Shown: positions 11,528 to 24,587, counted from the first letter of the whole stretch. The stretch: DNA of 63,857 nt, filler included, from Craspedostauros australis (GCA_030167865.1; 21 parts of 21 records of this genome joined end to end with filler, not necessarily neighbours in it); one strand, 5' to 3'. Numbers and translations are program-made. Notes: generated from the letters alone by a model not told the origin.

Positions 11528-11610
<83 letters not shown>
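10892..11610 (+). CDS. Unknown spliced protein, 3'-partial (exons 10892-11150, 11241->11610); possibly a transposon accessory ORF
   Basis: ATG 10892 MAPTTPAADNP. Intron GTAAGT (11151) to TTCAG (11240), 90 nt and in frame, removes the implausible KYTSW..CCCYYC peptide. Runs into poly-Asp and poly-Asn. Confidence 0.6.
11460..11610 (+). repeat. (AAC/AAT)n microsatellite at contig end
   Basis: Directly visible; probable cause of the assembly break. Confidence 0.95.
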
Positions 11611-11710
11611 NNNNNNNNNNNNNNNNNNNNNNNNNNNNNNNNNNNNNNNNNNNNTTAATTAATTAANNNNNNNNNNNNNNNNNNNNNNNNNNNNNNNNNN
11701 NNNNNNNNNN

Positions 11711-12892
11711 GGGTATCCCAAGAGGTTCTTCTCTGCCCACTCGCCTCGCACAGGCCGCATCAATGATGAAATGTGCAAGGCCAAGTTGCACAAACTGCCA
11801 ATATCCTCTGGTGTTGCCAATGCTCGCATCATTGGGGATTACACCACAACTTCCAATGCAATGCGCCTCTACTTCCGCAGTCTCTCCGACCGAGCTGACA
11901 TGTATGTGGGTCAGATTGACGACATGTCAGAACTGACAGTTGAGCAGCTCCATCCAGAACTCAAGGGGAAGCTTCAGCCCATTGTGAGGCCTCACCTCCT
12001 CAAGTCCAGCAGCCCCATGACTGCAGAGATGCGGGAGCATGTCATTCAATTTATTGACTGGCTAGACCCCCAAAACCCGTGTGGATACACCACAAAGAAG
12101 ATCAAGGATAATGGCATCCCTGCATACTGGTTGCGCACATTGACCCGCCGCCTTGATGAACGCAATTTGCTTGGAGAGAGCATCAAGAAGATGGGCATTG
12201 CTCTCAAGTCCGAGAATCAGCAAGAGCCCATGGTGTCATTGGCCAGGGCTGTTCGTTTCCTGCTGATGACCTCAGAACTTTCCATCAGCAAGGTCAACAA
12301 GCTCTTGAAGAAAATAAATGCTGGTGAGCTGCGTCCCAACACAAAGATGGAAGCCTCTGAGCACGTGATCAAGTACTTTGAGCTTCCTCGGTTGGGACCA
12401 GAGGAGGAACGCGATCAAATGGAGAAGCCAAGGACCAGTTTCAACGCTCTTGAGTCCACCAATTTGCGTCTCTTTGCCCAAGCCACAGCCAACCGCCTCG
12501 ATCCACGTGCTGCCGGCATTGCTGTGGTTGGTCGCATCCGATACGAAGCAGCAAAATTGACCGATACTCAGCTTGGAATGATTGACTACTGCAAGAAGCA
12601 TGGTGGAAACCTCGATGAACAAGCCTTCTATGATGCAGGACCACATGCTGCTGACGAGGAGCTTCCAAGAGGACCAGTCTATGATGCATCTGATGACGAG
12701 GAGGAGGAGGAGGACGACGATGACGATGTGGATGACAGCCAGATTCAAAGAGGACCAGTCCATGATGCATCTGATGATGATTCGTCTGATGATGATGACA
12801 ATTATGATGGCAATGATGATGATGAGGACGACGAGGACGACGAGGACAACGAGGACAACGAGGACAACGACGATGAAGATGACGACAACGAC

Positions 12893-12928
<36 letters not shown>

Positions 12929-15571
12929 AATGAGGATGGCAACGAGTATGAGTATGAGTACGAGTACGAGTACGAGTACAAGTACAAGTATGATGATGGG
13001 GATGATGATGATGATGACAATGATGGCAATGATGGCAATGATGACGATGATGACGATGATGACGATGACGATGACGATGATGATGATGATGGCGAGGACA
13101 ATGACAATGATGATGATGACGAGGACAAGGATGACAGCAATGACGGCGATGATGATGACGATGACGATGACAACAATGAGGGTGACAGCAAGATTCAAGC
13201 CAGGCCAGTCTATGACACCTCTGACGAGGAAAAAGACGATGACACCAACAATGTGGGTGACAGTGGCCATGGCAGCGACAATAGCCATCAAAATGTCCGT
13301 GACCATGACCATGGTGGTGACAATGGCCATGACAATCACCATATCAATGTCGTTGACACTGACAGTGTCACTGACAGTGAAAGTGTGGGCCACATTGTCG
13401 GTCACAATGTTGGTCACATTGTTGGTGACATTGGACATGGCATTGGCAACAACAATCTCATAGGCAACAGGAACTTCGAACCAGAGATAGGATCCGCAGG
13501 TTGTCCCTTCTGCACCAGACGCCCCAGAAACACCAGGCGCAGTCGTGGGCGCTTTTTGGATTATTCTTGGGAACATATGGATTTAGCCAGAGACGATGAC
13601 GAATGGGTTGAGCTTTCTAATACAAGCAATGAAGGCAATGCAACTGGACACAGCCATGGCACAGACATGCTTGTCAACAATGACGCCAGTGCTCAGGATT
13701 GCAGCAATGATGGAGACGGCGAGCCAGCTTCCAGTTCCTTGCCCACTGAGCCTTTGTTTGTGCAAGAGCAACAAACTTCGCACAAGACAATCCATGAGGA
13801 CATGGACAAGGTGCCACCAGCACCAACGCCACCAGGAGTACCAGCGCCAACAACAGCTGCATCTGCATTGCCTTTCATGCGCAAGGACATCTGCAAGGCA
13901 CCACCAGCACCAGCCACATTGCCTTTCACGCACAAGGATATGCACAAGGATATCTGCAAGGCATCACCAGAAGTGCCACCAGTACCAGCCACATTGCCTT
14001 TCACGCGCAAGGACACGGGCAAGGCACCATCAGCACCAGCACCAACAGCAGCAGCACCAACAGCACCAGCCACATCGCCTTTCACGCGCAAGGACACGCG
14101 CAAGGACGTCCGCAAGGCACCAGCAGCACCAGCCAAATCGCCTTTCACGCACAAAACCACATGCAAGGTACCACCAGCAGCGCCACCAGCACCACCAACA
14201 TCGCCTTTCATGCGCAAGGACACGCGCAAGGACATCTGCAAGGCACCACCAGCACCAGCCACATCGCCTTTCACGCTCAAGGGAACCCGCAAGGACACCC
14301 GCAAGGCACCACCAGAAGCGCCACCAGCACCACCAACATCGCCTTTCACGCGCAAGGACATCCGCAAGGCACCAGCAGCACCAGCCAAATCGCCTTTCAC
14401 GCACAAAACCACACGCAAGGCACCACCAGAAGCGCCACCAGCGCCAGCCACATCACCTTTCGCGCGCAAGAACACCTGGAAGGCGCCACCGACACCAGCC
14501 ACATCACCTTTCACGGACAATGGCGCCTGCAAGACACCACCAACACCAACACCAACACCAACACCAACAGCTGCTGCTGCATCTTCATTGCCTATCGCGC
14601 ACAAAACCACCTGCAAGGCACAACCAGCAGCGCCAGCAGCACCAGACACATCGCCTTTCGCGCTCAAGGGAACCCGCAAGGACACCTGCAAGGCACCACC
14701 AGAAGCGCCACCAGCGCCACCAACATCGCCTTTCACGCGCAAGGACATCCGCAAGGCACCAGCAGCACCAGCCAAATCGCCTTTCACGCACAAAACCACA
14801 CACAAGGCACCACCAGCGCCAGCCACATCGCCTTTCGCGTGCAAGAACACCTGCAAGGCACCAGCAGCACCAGCCACATCACCTTTCATGGACAATGGCG
14901 CCCACAAGGCACCATCCGCACCAGCTGCAACACCAGCACCAGCACCACCAACATCGCCTTTCATGCGCAGACCCACCCGCAAGGCACCACCAGCAGCTGC
15001 ATCTGTGTGTGTCTCGCCCTCCAAGTACAGGAGAGCTCACAAGGACGCCCACAGGATACCATCAATGCCACAACCAGCACCAGCTGCTGCATCTGCATCG
15101 CCTGTTAAGCACAGCAGCATTCCATCTCATGTACACAAAAATCAAGGATCTCAAATGACCGCATCTCATGAAAACAGCACTCACAGAGCACCACCTCAGA
15201 TGCCTACATCGCCCAACACTTCTCCCTTTGTCTTTGCACCAGTTGACGCACCGCCTCCCTTCCCCTCCATTGCTGCAACAGCTGCTGTATCTCCATCCAA
15301 ACGTGGTTTTGTTGGACACAATGATGCCCCACACACTGATCATGATTGTGACAAAGACACACCACAGCAAACCATGAAGAAACAGCGTCTCATGATTGAG
15401 ATGCTCCAAAAGCAATGCGTCGGCCTCAAAACCGCCAATGTAAAGTTGAATGAGCAGAACACCAAGAAGGAGAACGTCCTCAAGAGGCTCCAAGGCCTTG
15501 AGAAGAGTGTGACCACTTTGAATCAGGAGATTACAGAAATCCGTGCTTCTGCAACTGAAGACGACGAGTGA
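11711..15571 (+). CDS. Large 5'-partial protein: tyrosine-recombinase-like catalytic C-terminus, acidic tract, about 18 (T/K)SPF-type repeats, C-terminal coiled coil
   Basis: Frame open from contig start: GYPKRFFSAHSPRTG...ARIIGDYTTTSNAMRLYFR (HxxR 11738-11749, candidate catalytic Tyr 11870-11872). D/E tract about 12690-13250, KAPPAPATSPFTRK repeats about 13810-15010, KKQR plus heptad pattern at the end. The ORF is firm; the recombinase call is motif-level. Confidence 0.6.
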
Positions 15572-16521
15572 ATGCACACACTCAGCAACCATGAAGCAGT
15601 CTCAGCGAGGTCCATGCATCACACTTTCCACATCAACATCATAGCACAATAATATATATCGATTAACATCTCACCACACTGCTCAAAAGGCTAGCACACT
15701 GTTCACCCCACACTGAAACACAGCTCTTGAACTGCGCACACAGCACACACACTGTTCAAATGGTGCAAGAAAACGAATAACGCGAGTTAGAGGCTATCGT
15801 CCGCACCCACCACTCTTCACACTGTCTGTTAGGAATCGAGGGTTCGACTTTGTCGAAATACCCATGATTGCTGCACCTCCCAACATTATTCATCACATGT
15901 TAGAATATTATTCGTCACATGTTCGGAGACTATTCATCACACCTTTGGACATTATTCATCACATGATTGTCCACTATCCATCACACATTCGAGTCCTACT
16001 CGTCACACTCGTGAACCAGGAAAAACAGCCCATCCTCATGAATCAAGAACAACCATGACGACGCTTGACAGGATGTCCAGACGCTAACCCGAACAAGACA
16101 ACGACACAAACAACGGCGTCAGCAGGGCAGTGGACAAGAGCTTCATCCCATCTGGGAGGACAGAACGCGCCCCTCCTAAGGACAAGAACAGCTGCAGGTT
16201 TGGAACTTCAGAAAGGGTCAGAACGACCACAGGTTTGGGACATCGCTGAGGGTGACACCAATCGTAAACAAGTGGAAACGAAATGTCACGAGATCGAGAG
16301 CTGAAACATATGACAAGATAGCATGCATGGCTGCAGACCCCTACCACACATATGTAGAAGCGTACAAGTGTGCAGATGCGGACAATGAAGCATCAGGATG
16401 AGGGCATGATAGAAGGTGCAGGAGGATGCATGAGCAAGACACATCAAATATGTTCAGGAATACAACGATGCCTCGCTATGGCACCACAGAGAACGCCAAC
16501 AATGAAATTGAAATTGAAAGA

Positions 16522-16555
<34 letters not shown>

Positions 16556-17104
16556 ATGTGCTCACAGTTCTAAAACGGTATGATCTAAAAGCAGCTTAGA
16601 TTCATCCTAACCCTAATAACCCTTGATTTCCAACAACTGTCAAGTAGGTAACCCATTGGTCGCACCAAGCTCACACACTGCTCACACACTGCTCACATAC
16701 AGCTCACACACTGCTCACATACAGCTCACACATAAAAGTTCATGCTGTGGATAATCCAAAATGCAAGGCAAAGCCATTTCCATCGCCTACCACATAATTC
16801 ACACTGAGCCGTATGTAGTCACAGCGCATGCACACACTCCAGCCACCTTGCACACTGACGACATGGTTGACAATGGTTGACACACAGTTCTGCAAGCTAT
16901 ATACGACTCACTCTACCAAAATGCAGTGTACAGCAATGGCCATCACTCAACCCACAACAACAACTGTCCAATCTCGACCCACAGCACATGCACACATTCC
17001 AAACACCGCACACACTGTCCACACGGTTGACACATGGTTGGAACATAGCTCACTCATGATGTTGCAAGCCAAACACAACTCATACACGCAAACTTCAATA
17101 AACA

Positions 17105-18750
17105 GCGATTGCCATCACTCACCATACAACACACATTAGCTGATATCTATTCCTATACCCCACCCCCAAACATGCAACCAACTCCTAAAAGTATTGCCCA
17201 ACCTAACCCTTGATACCAATTCATCGCACATTAGCACCCTAACAAATTCATCAGCCATTCACCCTAACCACAAGTTCAAAATGCTGAAACCCTTTCCGTC
17301 ACTCACCATACAACACATATTGGCCAATATCTATTCCTATACCCCACCCCCAACCACGCAACTAACTCCTGGAAGTATTGCCCAACCTAACCCTTGATAC
17401 AAATTCATCACACATTAACCCTTGATACAAATTCATCATACATTAACCCTTGCCATCACTCATGGCACAACACACACATTGGCCGATATCTATTACTATT
17501 CCTATACCCCACCCCCAACCACGCAACTAACTCCTAAAAGTATTGCCTGCCCTAACCCTTGATACCAATTCATCACACATTAACACCCTAACAAATTCAT
17601 CAGCCATTCACCCTTGCCACAAGTTCAAAATGCTGAAACCCTTTCCGTCACTCACCATACAACACACATTGGCCAATATCTATTCCTATACCCCACCCCC
17701 AACCATGCAACTAACTGCTGCAAGTATTGCTCACCCAACCCTTGATACAAATTCATCACCCATTAAGACCCTAACCCTTGATACAAATTCATCACACATT
17801 AACACCCTAGCCCTTGCTACAAGTTCATTAAGCACCAACCCTTTTCATCACTCACAGCACAACACACATTGGCCAATATCTATTCCTATACCCCACCCCC
17901 AACCGCGCAGTTAACTGCTAAAAGTATTGCCCAAACTAACCCTTGATACAAATTCATTGCACATTAACATCCTAACAAATTCATCAGCCATTCACCCTTG
18001 CTACAAGTTCATAAAGCACCGACCCCTTTCATCACTCACCGAACAACACACATTGGCCAATATCCATTCCTATACCCCACCCCCAACCAACCAACTAACT
18101 GCTGCAAGTATTGCCCACCCAACCCTTGATACAAATTCATCACCCATTAACACCCTAGCCCTTGATACAAGTTCATCACAAATCAACACCCTAGCCCTTG
18201 CCACAAGTTCATAAAGCACCAACCCCTTTCATCACTCACCATACAACGCACATTGGCCGATATCTATTCCTATACCCCACCCCCAACCACGCAACTAACT
18301 CCTAAAAGTATTGCCCAAACTAACCCTTGATACAAATTCATCACCCATTAACACCCTAGCCCTTGATACAAGTTCATCACAAATTAACCCTTGCCACAAG
18401 TTCAAAATGGTGGAACCCTTTTCATCACTCACAGCACAACACACATTGGCCGATATCCATTCCTATACCCCACCCCCAACCACGCAACTAACTCCTGAAA
18501 GTATCGCCCAACCTAACCCTTGATACAAATTCATCACACATTAACACCCTGACCCTTGATACAAATTCGTCACACAGCAACAGCCTAACCCTTGATACAA
18601 ATTCATAACACCCTGACCCTTACCATTACTCACAGCACAACGAAAATTAGCAGATATCTATTCCTAAACCCCATACCCTAACCTCCAACCGTGCAACTAA
18701 CTCCTAAAAGTATCGCCCAACCTAACCCTTGATACAAATTCATCACACAT
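17105..18750. repeat. Satellite A: about 9 copies of a 165-200 bp monomer rich in AACCCT
   Basis: Anchor TATTCCTATACCCCACCCCCAA recurs near 17148, 17332, 17497, 17681, 17881, 18066, 18265, 18458, 18660; internal subrepeat TAACCCTTGATACAAATTCATCAC. Confidence 0.92.
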
Positions 18751-18761
18751 ACATGTGCTCA

Positions 18762-19100
18762 CTAACACTCAAACACACTCAAACACACTCAAACACACTC
18801 AAACACACTCAAACACACTCAAACACACTCAAACACACTCAAACACACTCAAACACACTCACACTAACACTCACACTAACACTCACACTCACACTCACAC
18901 TCACACTCACACTAACACTAACACTAACACTAACACTCACACTAACACTAACACTAACACTAACACTAACACTAACACTAACACTAACACTAACACTCAC
19001 ACTAACACTAACACTAACACTAACACTAACACTAACACTCACACTAACACTAACACTAACACTAACACTAACACTAACACTAACACTAACACTCACACAC
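18762..19100. repeat. (ACACTCAAAC)n decamer followed by (CACTAA/CACTCA)n hexamer array
   Basis: Directly visible. Confidence 0.95.
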
Positions 19101-19199
19101 ACGGTTGGAACACACTGTGGAATGGCTGACACACTATCAATACAATTCCATTAGCCATACACAACTCACACACCCAAAATGGAATGCACAGCAACTGCC

Positions 19200-21770
19200 A
19201 TTACTCACCACACAGCACCCACTTGCAGTCACTTCCAGCTTCTCTCTCTCAACACCTCTGATTGCAGTAGTCACACATCCAACGACGCCAGGAGGCGCCC
19301 CACGCCACATATGACATGGCAGAAGCGTGGCACTTGTGGTTGGCAACTCCATGATGCTCATTGTTACCGTCACACTCAAAGATGGATCATGATGGACCAT
19401 GATGGATCACAAAATCACATGCTTGCAGATACTTCCGGCTAACCCTAACTCTCACAAAACGATCAACTGCAATAATTGTGCATCCAACATCACTCGCACA
19501 TGCCCAATGGCACGCACAATACACCGCAACTGTATCACATCTAGGCAGCAATGACATGATGCCCATTGTCACACTCAAAAATGGACCATGATGGATCGCA
19601 AAACCTCAAACTTGCTGATACTTCCGGCTAACCCTAACTCTCACAAGATGATCAACTACAATATTTCACACATCCCACAACGCTCGCACACGTCACATGG
19701 AACGCATGACATGCCACATCCATATCACATGCGGTCGGCAACTACAAGATGCTCATTGTAAGACTCAAAGATGGACCATGATGGATCACAAACTCTCACA
19801 CATGCAGACACTTTCGTCCCCTCTCACAACAACACCAACAACACCAACAACAACAATCCTCGCACATCCCACAACGCTCACACACGCCCCATGGCACGTA
19901 CAATACACAATGCACAATACACCACATCCATATCATGTGCGGTTGGCAACTCCACGATGCTCGTTGTCACTGTAACAGTAACACTCAAAGATGAACCAAG
20001 ATGGATCACACAATCACATACTTGCAAATATATCCAGTCCCTCTCTCAACACGATCAACTTCGATAATCACACATCCAACATCGTTCGCACACGCCCCAT
20101 GGCACGCACAATACACAATACACCACGTCCGTATCACATGCGGTCGGCAACTCAAAGATACTCGTTTGTTACCTTCACACTCAAATGCGGATCATGGTGG
20201 AGCACAATTTCTCGCACATGCTGTCATTTCCGGTCCCTCTGCAAACACCATCTAATGCAATGCATCACATATTCAACATTGTATGCACATGTTCCATAGC
20301 TATAGCACGTACAGCGTACAGCATACAATACACCATGTCCGTATCACATGTGGCTGGCAACTCCACAATGTTCGGTTTCACACTCAAAGATGGATCATGA
20401 TGGACCATGGTGGATCACAATATCTCACACATGCAGTCACTTCCGGACCAACTCAAAACACCACCACCAACAATGATCGCACGTCCAACATCGCATACAC
20501 ATTCCCCATGGCAGGCACAATACACCACATCCGCACTACATGCAGCTGGCAACTCCATGATGCCCGTTTTCATGATCAAAGATGGATGAATGATGGATCA
20601 TGAAGCCCTGCAGTTGCTGTCACTTCCGGTCCCTCACATGACAACACCAACCATGGTAACCGCACATCCAACATCGCATACACATTCCCCATGGCACGAA
20701 CTACATGCCACATCCATATCACATGTGGCCAGCAACTCCATCATGTTCAGTTTCACACTCAGAGGTGGACCATGATGAATCACACCTCACATACTTGCAG
20801 CCATTTCCGGCCACTCTCACAACACCATCAACTGCGATACTCGCGCATCCATCGTCGCGTACACACGCACCATGGCACGCACAATACACCACATCCGTAT
20901 CACATGCGGCCAATCACTCCATCACCATCATTGTCTCACACAAACCTGGACCATAATGCATGTTGGATAAAAATAATATCTCACACTTGCACACATTTCC
21001 AGTTCCTCTCTCACCACCACCAATTGCGGTAATGGCACAACCATCAACGCTCACACACGCCCCATAACACTATTGGCACGATACAAGCGTGGCACATGCG
21101 ACCAGCAACTCCAAGATGCTCGTTATTATTGTCACAGTAACACTCAAAGATGGACCATGGTGGATGATGGATCACAATAATATCTCACACTTGCACTCAC
21201 TTCCGGCCCATGTCTCAACACCATCAACAGCAATACTTCACGCATCCAACAAACGGTCGCACTTGCCCATACCACGCATGACATAGCCCAAGTGTATCGC
21301 ATGCGGCCGGCCACCCCAACGTGCTCATTGTCACACTCAAAGATGGATCATGGTGGATCATGTTGGATCACAATAATATCTCACACTTGCACTCACTTCC
21401 GGCCCATATCTCAGTGCCTCCAACTGCAGTAATCACACATCCAACAACCCTCATACACACACACACTTCGAAGCTACCTTGACATGGACCAAGTGTATCA
21501 CATACGGTTGGTTGCTCAATCATATTCATTGTCATGCTCAAGGATGGACCGTGATGGATCAAAATAATATCTCACACTTGCACACATTTACGGATACTCT
21601 CTCACCACTGCCAATTGCGGTAATCACACATCCAACAACGTTCATACACGTCGCATAGCACGTATGACATGATACACACGTGGCACATGCAGCCGGAAAC
21701 TTCATGATGTTCATTCTCAGACTCAAAGATGGACCATGTTGGATCACACTTGCAGTCACTTGCAGCTCCT
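19200..21770. repeat. Satellite B: about 13 diverged copies of a 180-220 bp monomer
   Basis: Anchor CACTCAAAGATGGAYCATGRTGGATCACAA...CACTTCCGG recurs near 19371, 19570, 19762, 19981, 20177, 20380, 20575, 20755, 20937, 21140, 21333, 21535, 21720. Confidence 0.88.
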
Positions 21771-22411
21771 CACTCACTGGCCAACACGCACACACAGACG
21801 GTGCACACAGTGCACATACACTGATCACATGGTTCCCTACAAACTTAAATGGCCAAATCACAACACAATACGCACACACTGCCCATACACTGCCCATACA
21901 GTGCTCACACACCGCTCACACACTGCTCACAACGAGGAAATGCACGAAAACCCAAGATACAACATCACTAATAACCCGCAACCCTCCATACACGAGTAGC
22001 AAAGGCACACAAGGCACAAAAGGCATGCACAGAGACAAGGCCATGACACAACATGACACCAACTGCTCACTACACACCCATGCACGATAACCAAACACAC
22101 AAAAGAACAGAGCAATTTCCAGCACCCATCATACACTAAGACACTGCTCACTACAGGCCAAAAGCACAATAATCCAGGACACAAAAGCATCACCCTAACA
22201 ATTGACAGCACCAATCAGACATCAAGACACAGCTCACTACACCCCAATGCACAACAACCCCAGAAAAAATGTTGCTAATAGCCCCCAACACACTGGCAGC
22301 AAAAACACGCACACACAAGTGCCCAAACAATGCCCACAAAGCCAAAACTTGATCACACAACATGCCAATGCACCATAACCCATAGTACAAGGACGTTTCT
22401 ACAACCAAGAG

Positions 22412-22930
22412 ACACACTCAAACACACTCACACTAACACTCACACTAACACTCACACTAACACTCACACTAACACTCACACTAACACTCACACTAACACT
22501 CACACTAACACTCACACTCACACTCACACTCACACTCACACTAACACCCACACTAACACCCACACTAACACCCACACAAACACCCACACAAACACTCACA
22601 CTAACACTCACACTAACACTCACACTCACACTAACACCCACACAAACACTCACACTAACACTCACACTAACACTCACACTCACACTAACACCCACACAAA
22701 CACTCACACTAACACTCACACTAACACCCACACAAACACTCACACTAACACTCACACTAACACTCACACTAACACTAACACTAACACTAACACTCACACT
22801 AACACTCACACTAACACTAACACTCACACTAACACTCACACTCACACTCACACTCACACTCACACTCACACTCACACTCACACTCACACTCACACTCACA
22901 CTCACACTAACACTAACACTAACACTCAAA
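22412..22930. repeat. (CACTAA/CACTCA/CACCCA)n hexamer array
   Basis: Directly visible, about 0.5 kb. Confidence 0.95.
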
Positions 22931-22982
22931 CAGTCCCAGCAAACAACACACAATGAACGACTAAAAGACCAACGACTGTACT

Positions 22983-23256
22983 CACACTACACAATCACAC
23001 TACACAATCACACTACACAATCACACTACACAATCACACTACACAATCACACTACACACCACACTACACACCACACTACACACCACACTACACACCACAC
23101 TACACACCACACTACACACCACACTACACACCACACTACACACCACACTACACACCACACTACACACAACACTACACACAATGCACAACGAACGACGTAC
23201 AACGAACGACGTACAACGAACGACGTACAACGAACGACGTACAACGATCGACGTAC
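22983..23256. repeat. Minisatellites: (CACACTACACAAT/CACACTACACAC)n then (AACGAACGACGTAC)x4
   Basis: Directly visible. Confidence 0.9.
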
Positions 23257-23934
23257 AGACCAATCACTGTACACACACCCAAACGGACGAAGGGCAGACC
23301 AATTATCCACAATCCAATACACTACGGACGACGTACGGACACTAATTGACACCAATTCACCATTTACCGCAACTCCCAAATGTACCACCCAATTCACCAT
23401 GTCCCCCACCTCCCAAAATGCCACAAAACCCCCCAACATAATGACAAACTTCAACACCCTGCAGCTCGCTCAATATCCACCCGTTGACAAAAGCGAGCGT
23501 CACTACAGCCACCCAAGAGCCTTCCCCAAACCACCAACAACGAAAGAGCCAAAAATATCACCTTTACCCTTTCACAAGTTCCGGCTTTTATAAACCCTAA
23601 CCCTAGCTGTAGCCACAATAGTGTCCGCAGGTGCAACCAATCGAACCCTAATGTACGAGGATTTAACACGGTGACGTACGACGGCCAGACCGAAGTTTGG
23701 GTCGATTGACGGACGACGTACAGACGTTTGTATGGGCACGCAATACACACGGTCGATGTACGGACGTTTTTGTATGGAAAATGTCGATGATCCGCAACTC
23801 CCCGAAAGTGCAGATCAATGTTCATCATCCGCAACTCCCAAACAACGCGAGACACTACGAGCCACGCGATACACCGTGTTAAACATGTACAGCACGCTAC
23901 ACCATGATGAGCACATACTCACGTCCATCTATGT

Positions 23935-23935
<1 letters not shown>

Positions 23936-23981
<46 letters not shown>

Positions 23982-24487
23982 CACACCATACAACCAGCCA
24001 CAACACACAACACCACGTGAGACCGTGATGCAATAGTCAACACACAATGAACTATCTGTCAACATCAAATGAACTATCTGTCAACACCATTCCAACTACA
24101 GGAGGATGGCACAAGTCCCATGAAATGGCTGACTTGTGGGGGAGGAGGGGGAANNNNNNNNNNNNNNNNNNNNNNNNNNNNNNNNNNNNNNNNNNNNNNN
24201 NNNNNNNNNNNNNNNNNNNNNNNNNNNNNNNNNNNNNNNNNNNNNNNNNNNNNNNNNNNNNNNNNNNNNNNNNNNNCTGACTTGTGGGGGAGGAGGGGGA
24301 AGTCAACACCATCAACTGTGATACTCACACATCCACGTGCTCACACACACACACACTGCCACACAGTACAACCAGCCACAACATGCAACAACAGGTGAGA
24401 CCATGATGCAACAGTCAACACACAATGAACTATCTGTCAACATCAAATGAACTATTGTTAACACATTCCAACTACAGGAGGATGGCA
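23936..24487. repeat. (CA)n plus two copies of a larger tandem unit spanning an N gap
   Basis: CACACTGCCACAC...GTCAACACACAATGAACTATCTGTCAACATCAAATGAACTAT...CTACAGGAGGATGGCA occurs at about 23970-24111 and 24350-24487. Confidence 0.8.
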
Positions 24488-24587
24488 NNNNNNNNNNNNN
24501 NNNNNNNNNNNNNNNNNNNNNNNNNNNNNNNTTAATTAATTAANNNNNNNNNNNNNNNNNNNNNNNNNNNNNNNNNNNNNNNNNNNN

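Noticed and set aside
12272..15158. Long alternative-frame and antisense ORFs (poly-M, poly-I/V, HQ-rich)
   Set aside because: Shadows of the low-complexity repeats in the 11711-15571 ORF.
15830..15860. GGTTCGAC resembling a tRNA T-loop or Pol III B box
   Set aside because: No cloverleaf stems or A box could be built around it.
17105..21770. Repeat-spacer appearance suggesting a CRISPR array
   Set aside because: Sequence between the anchors is also homologous between units, monomers are about 190 bp, the context is eukaryotic and no cas genes are present.
18729..23457. (TL)n, (TH)n, (SV)n and (CVVW)n ORFs
   Set aside because: Translations of stop-free microsatellites.
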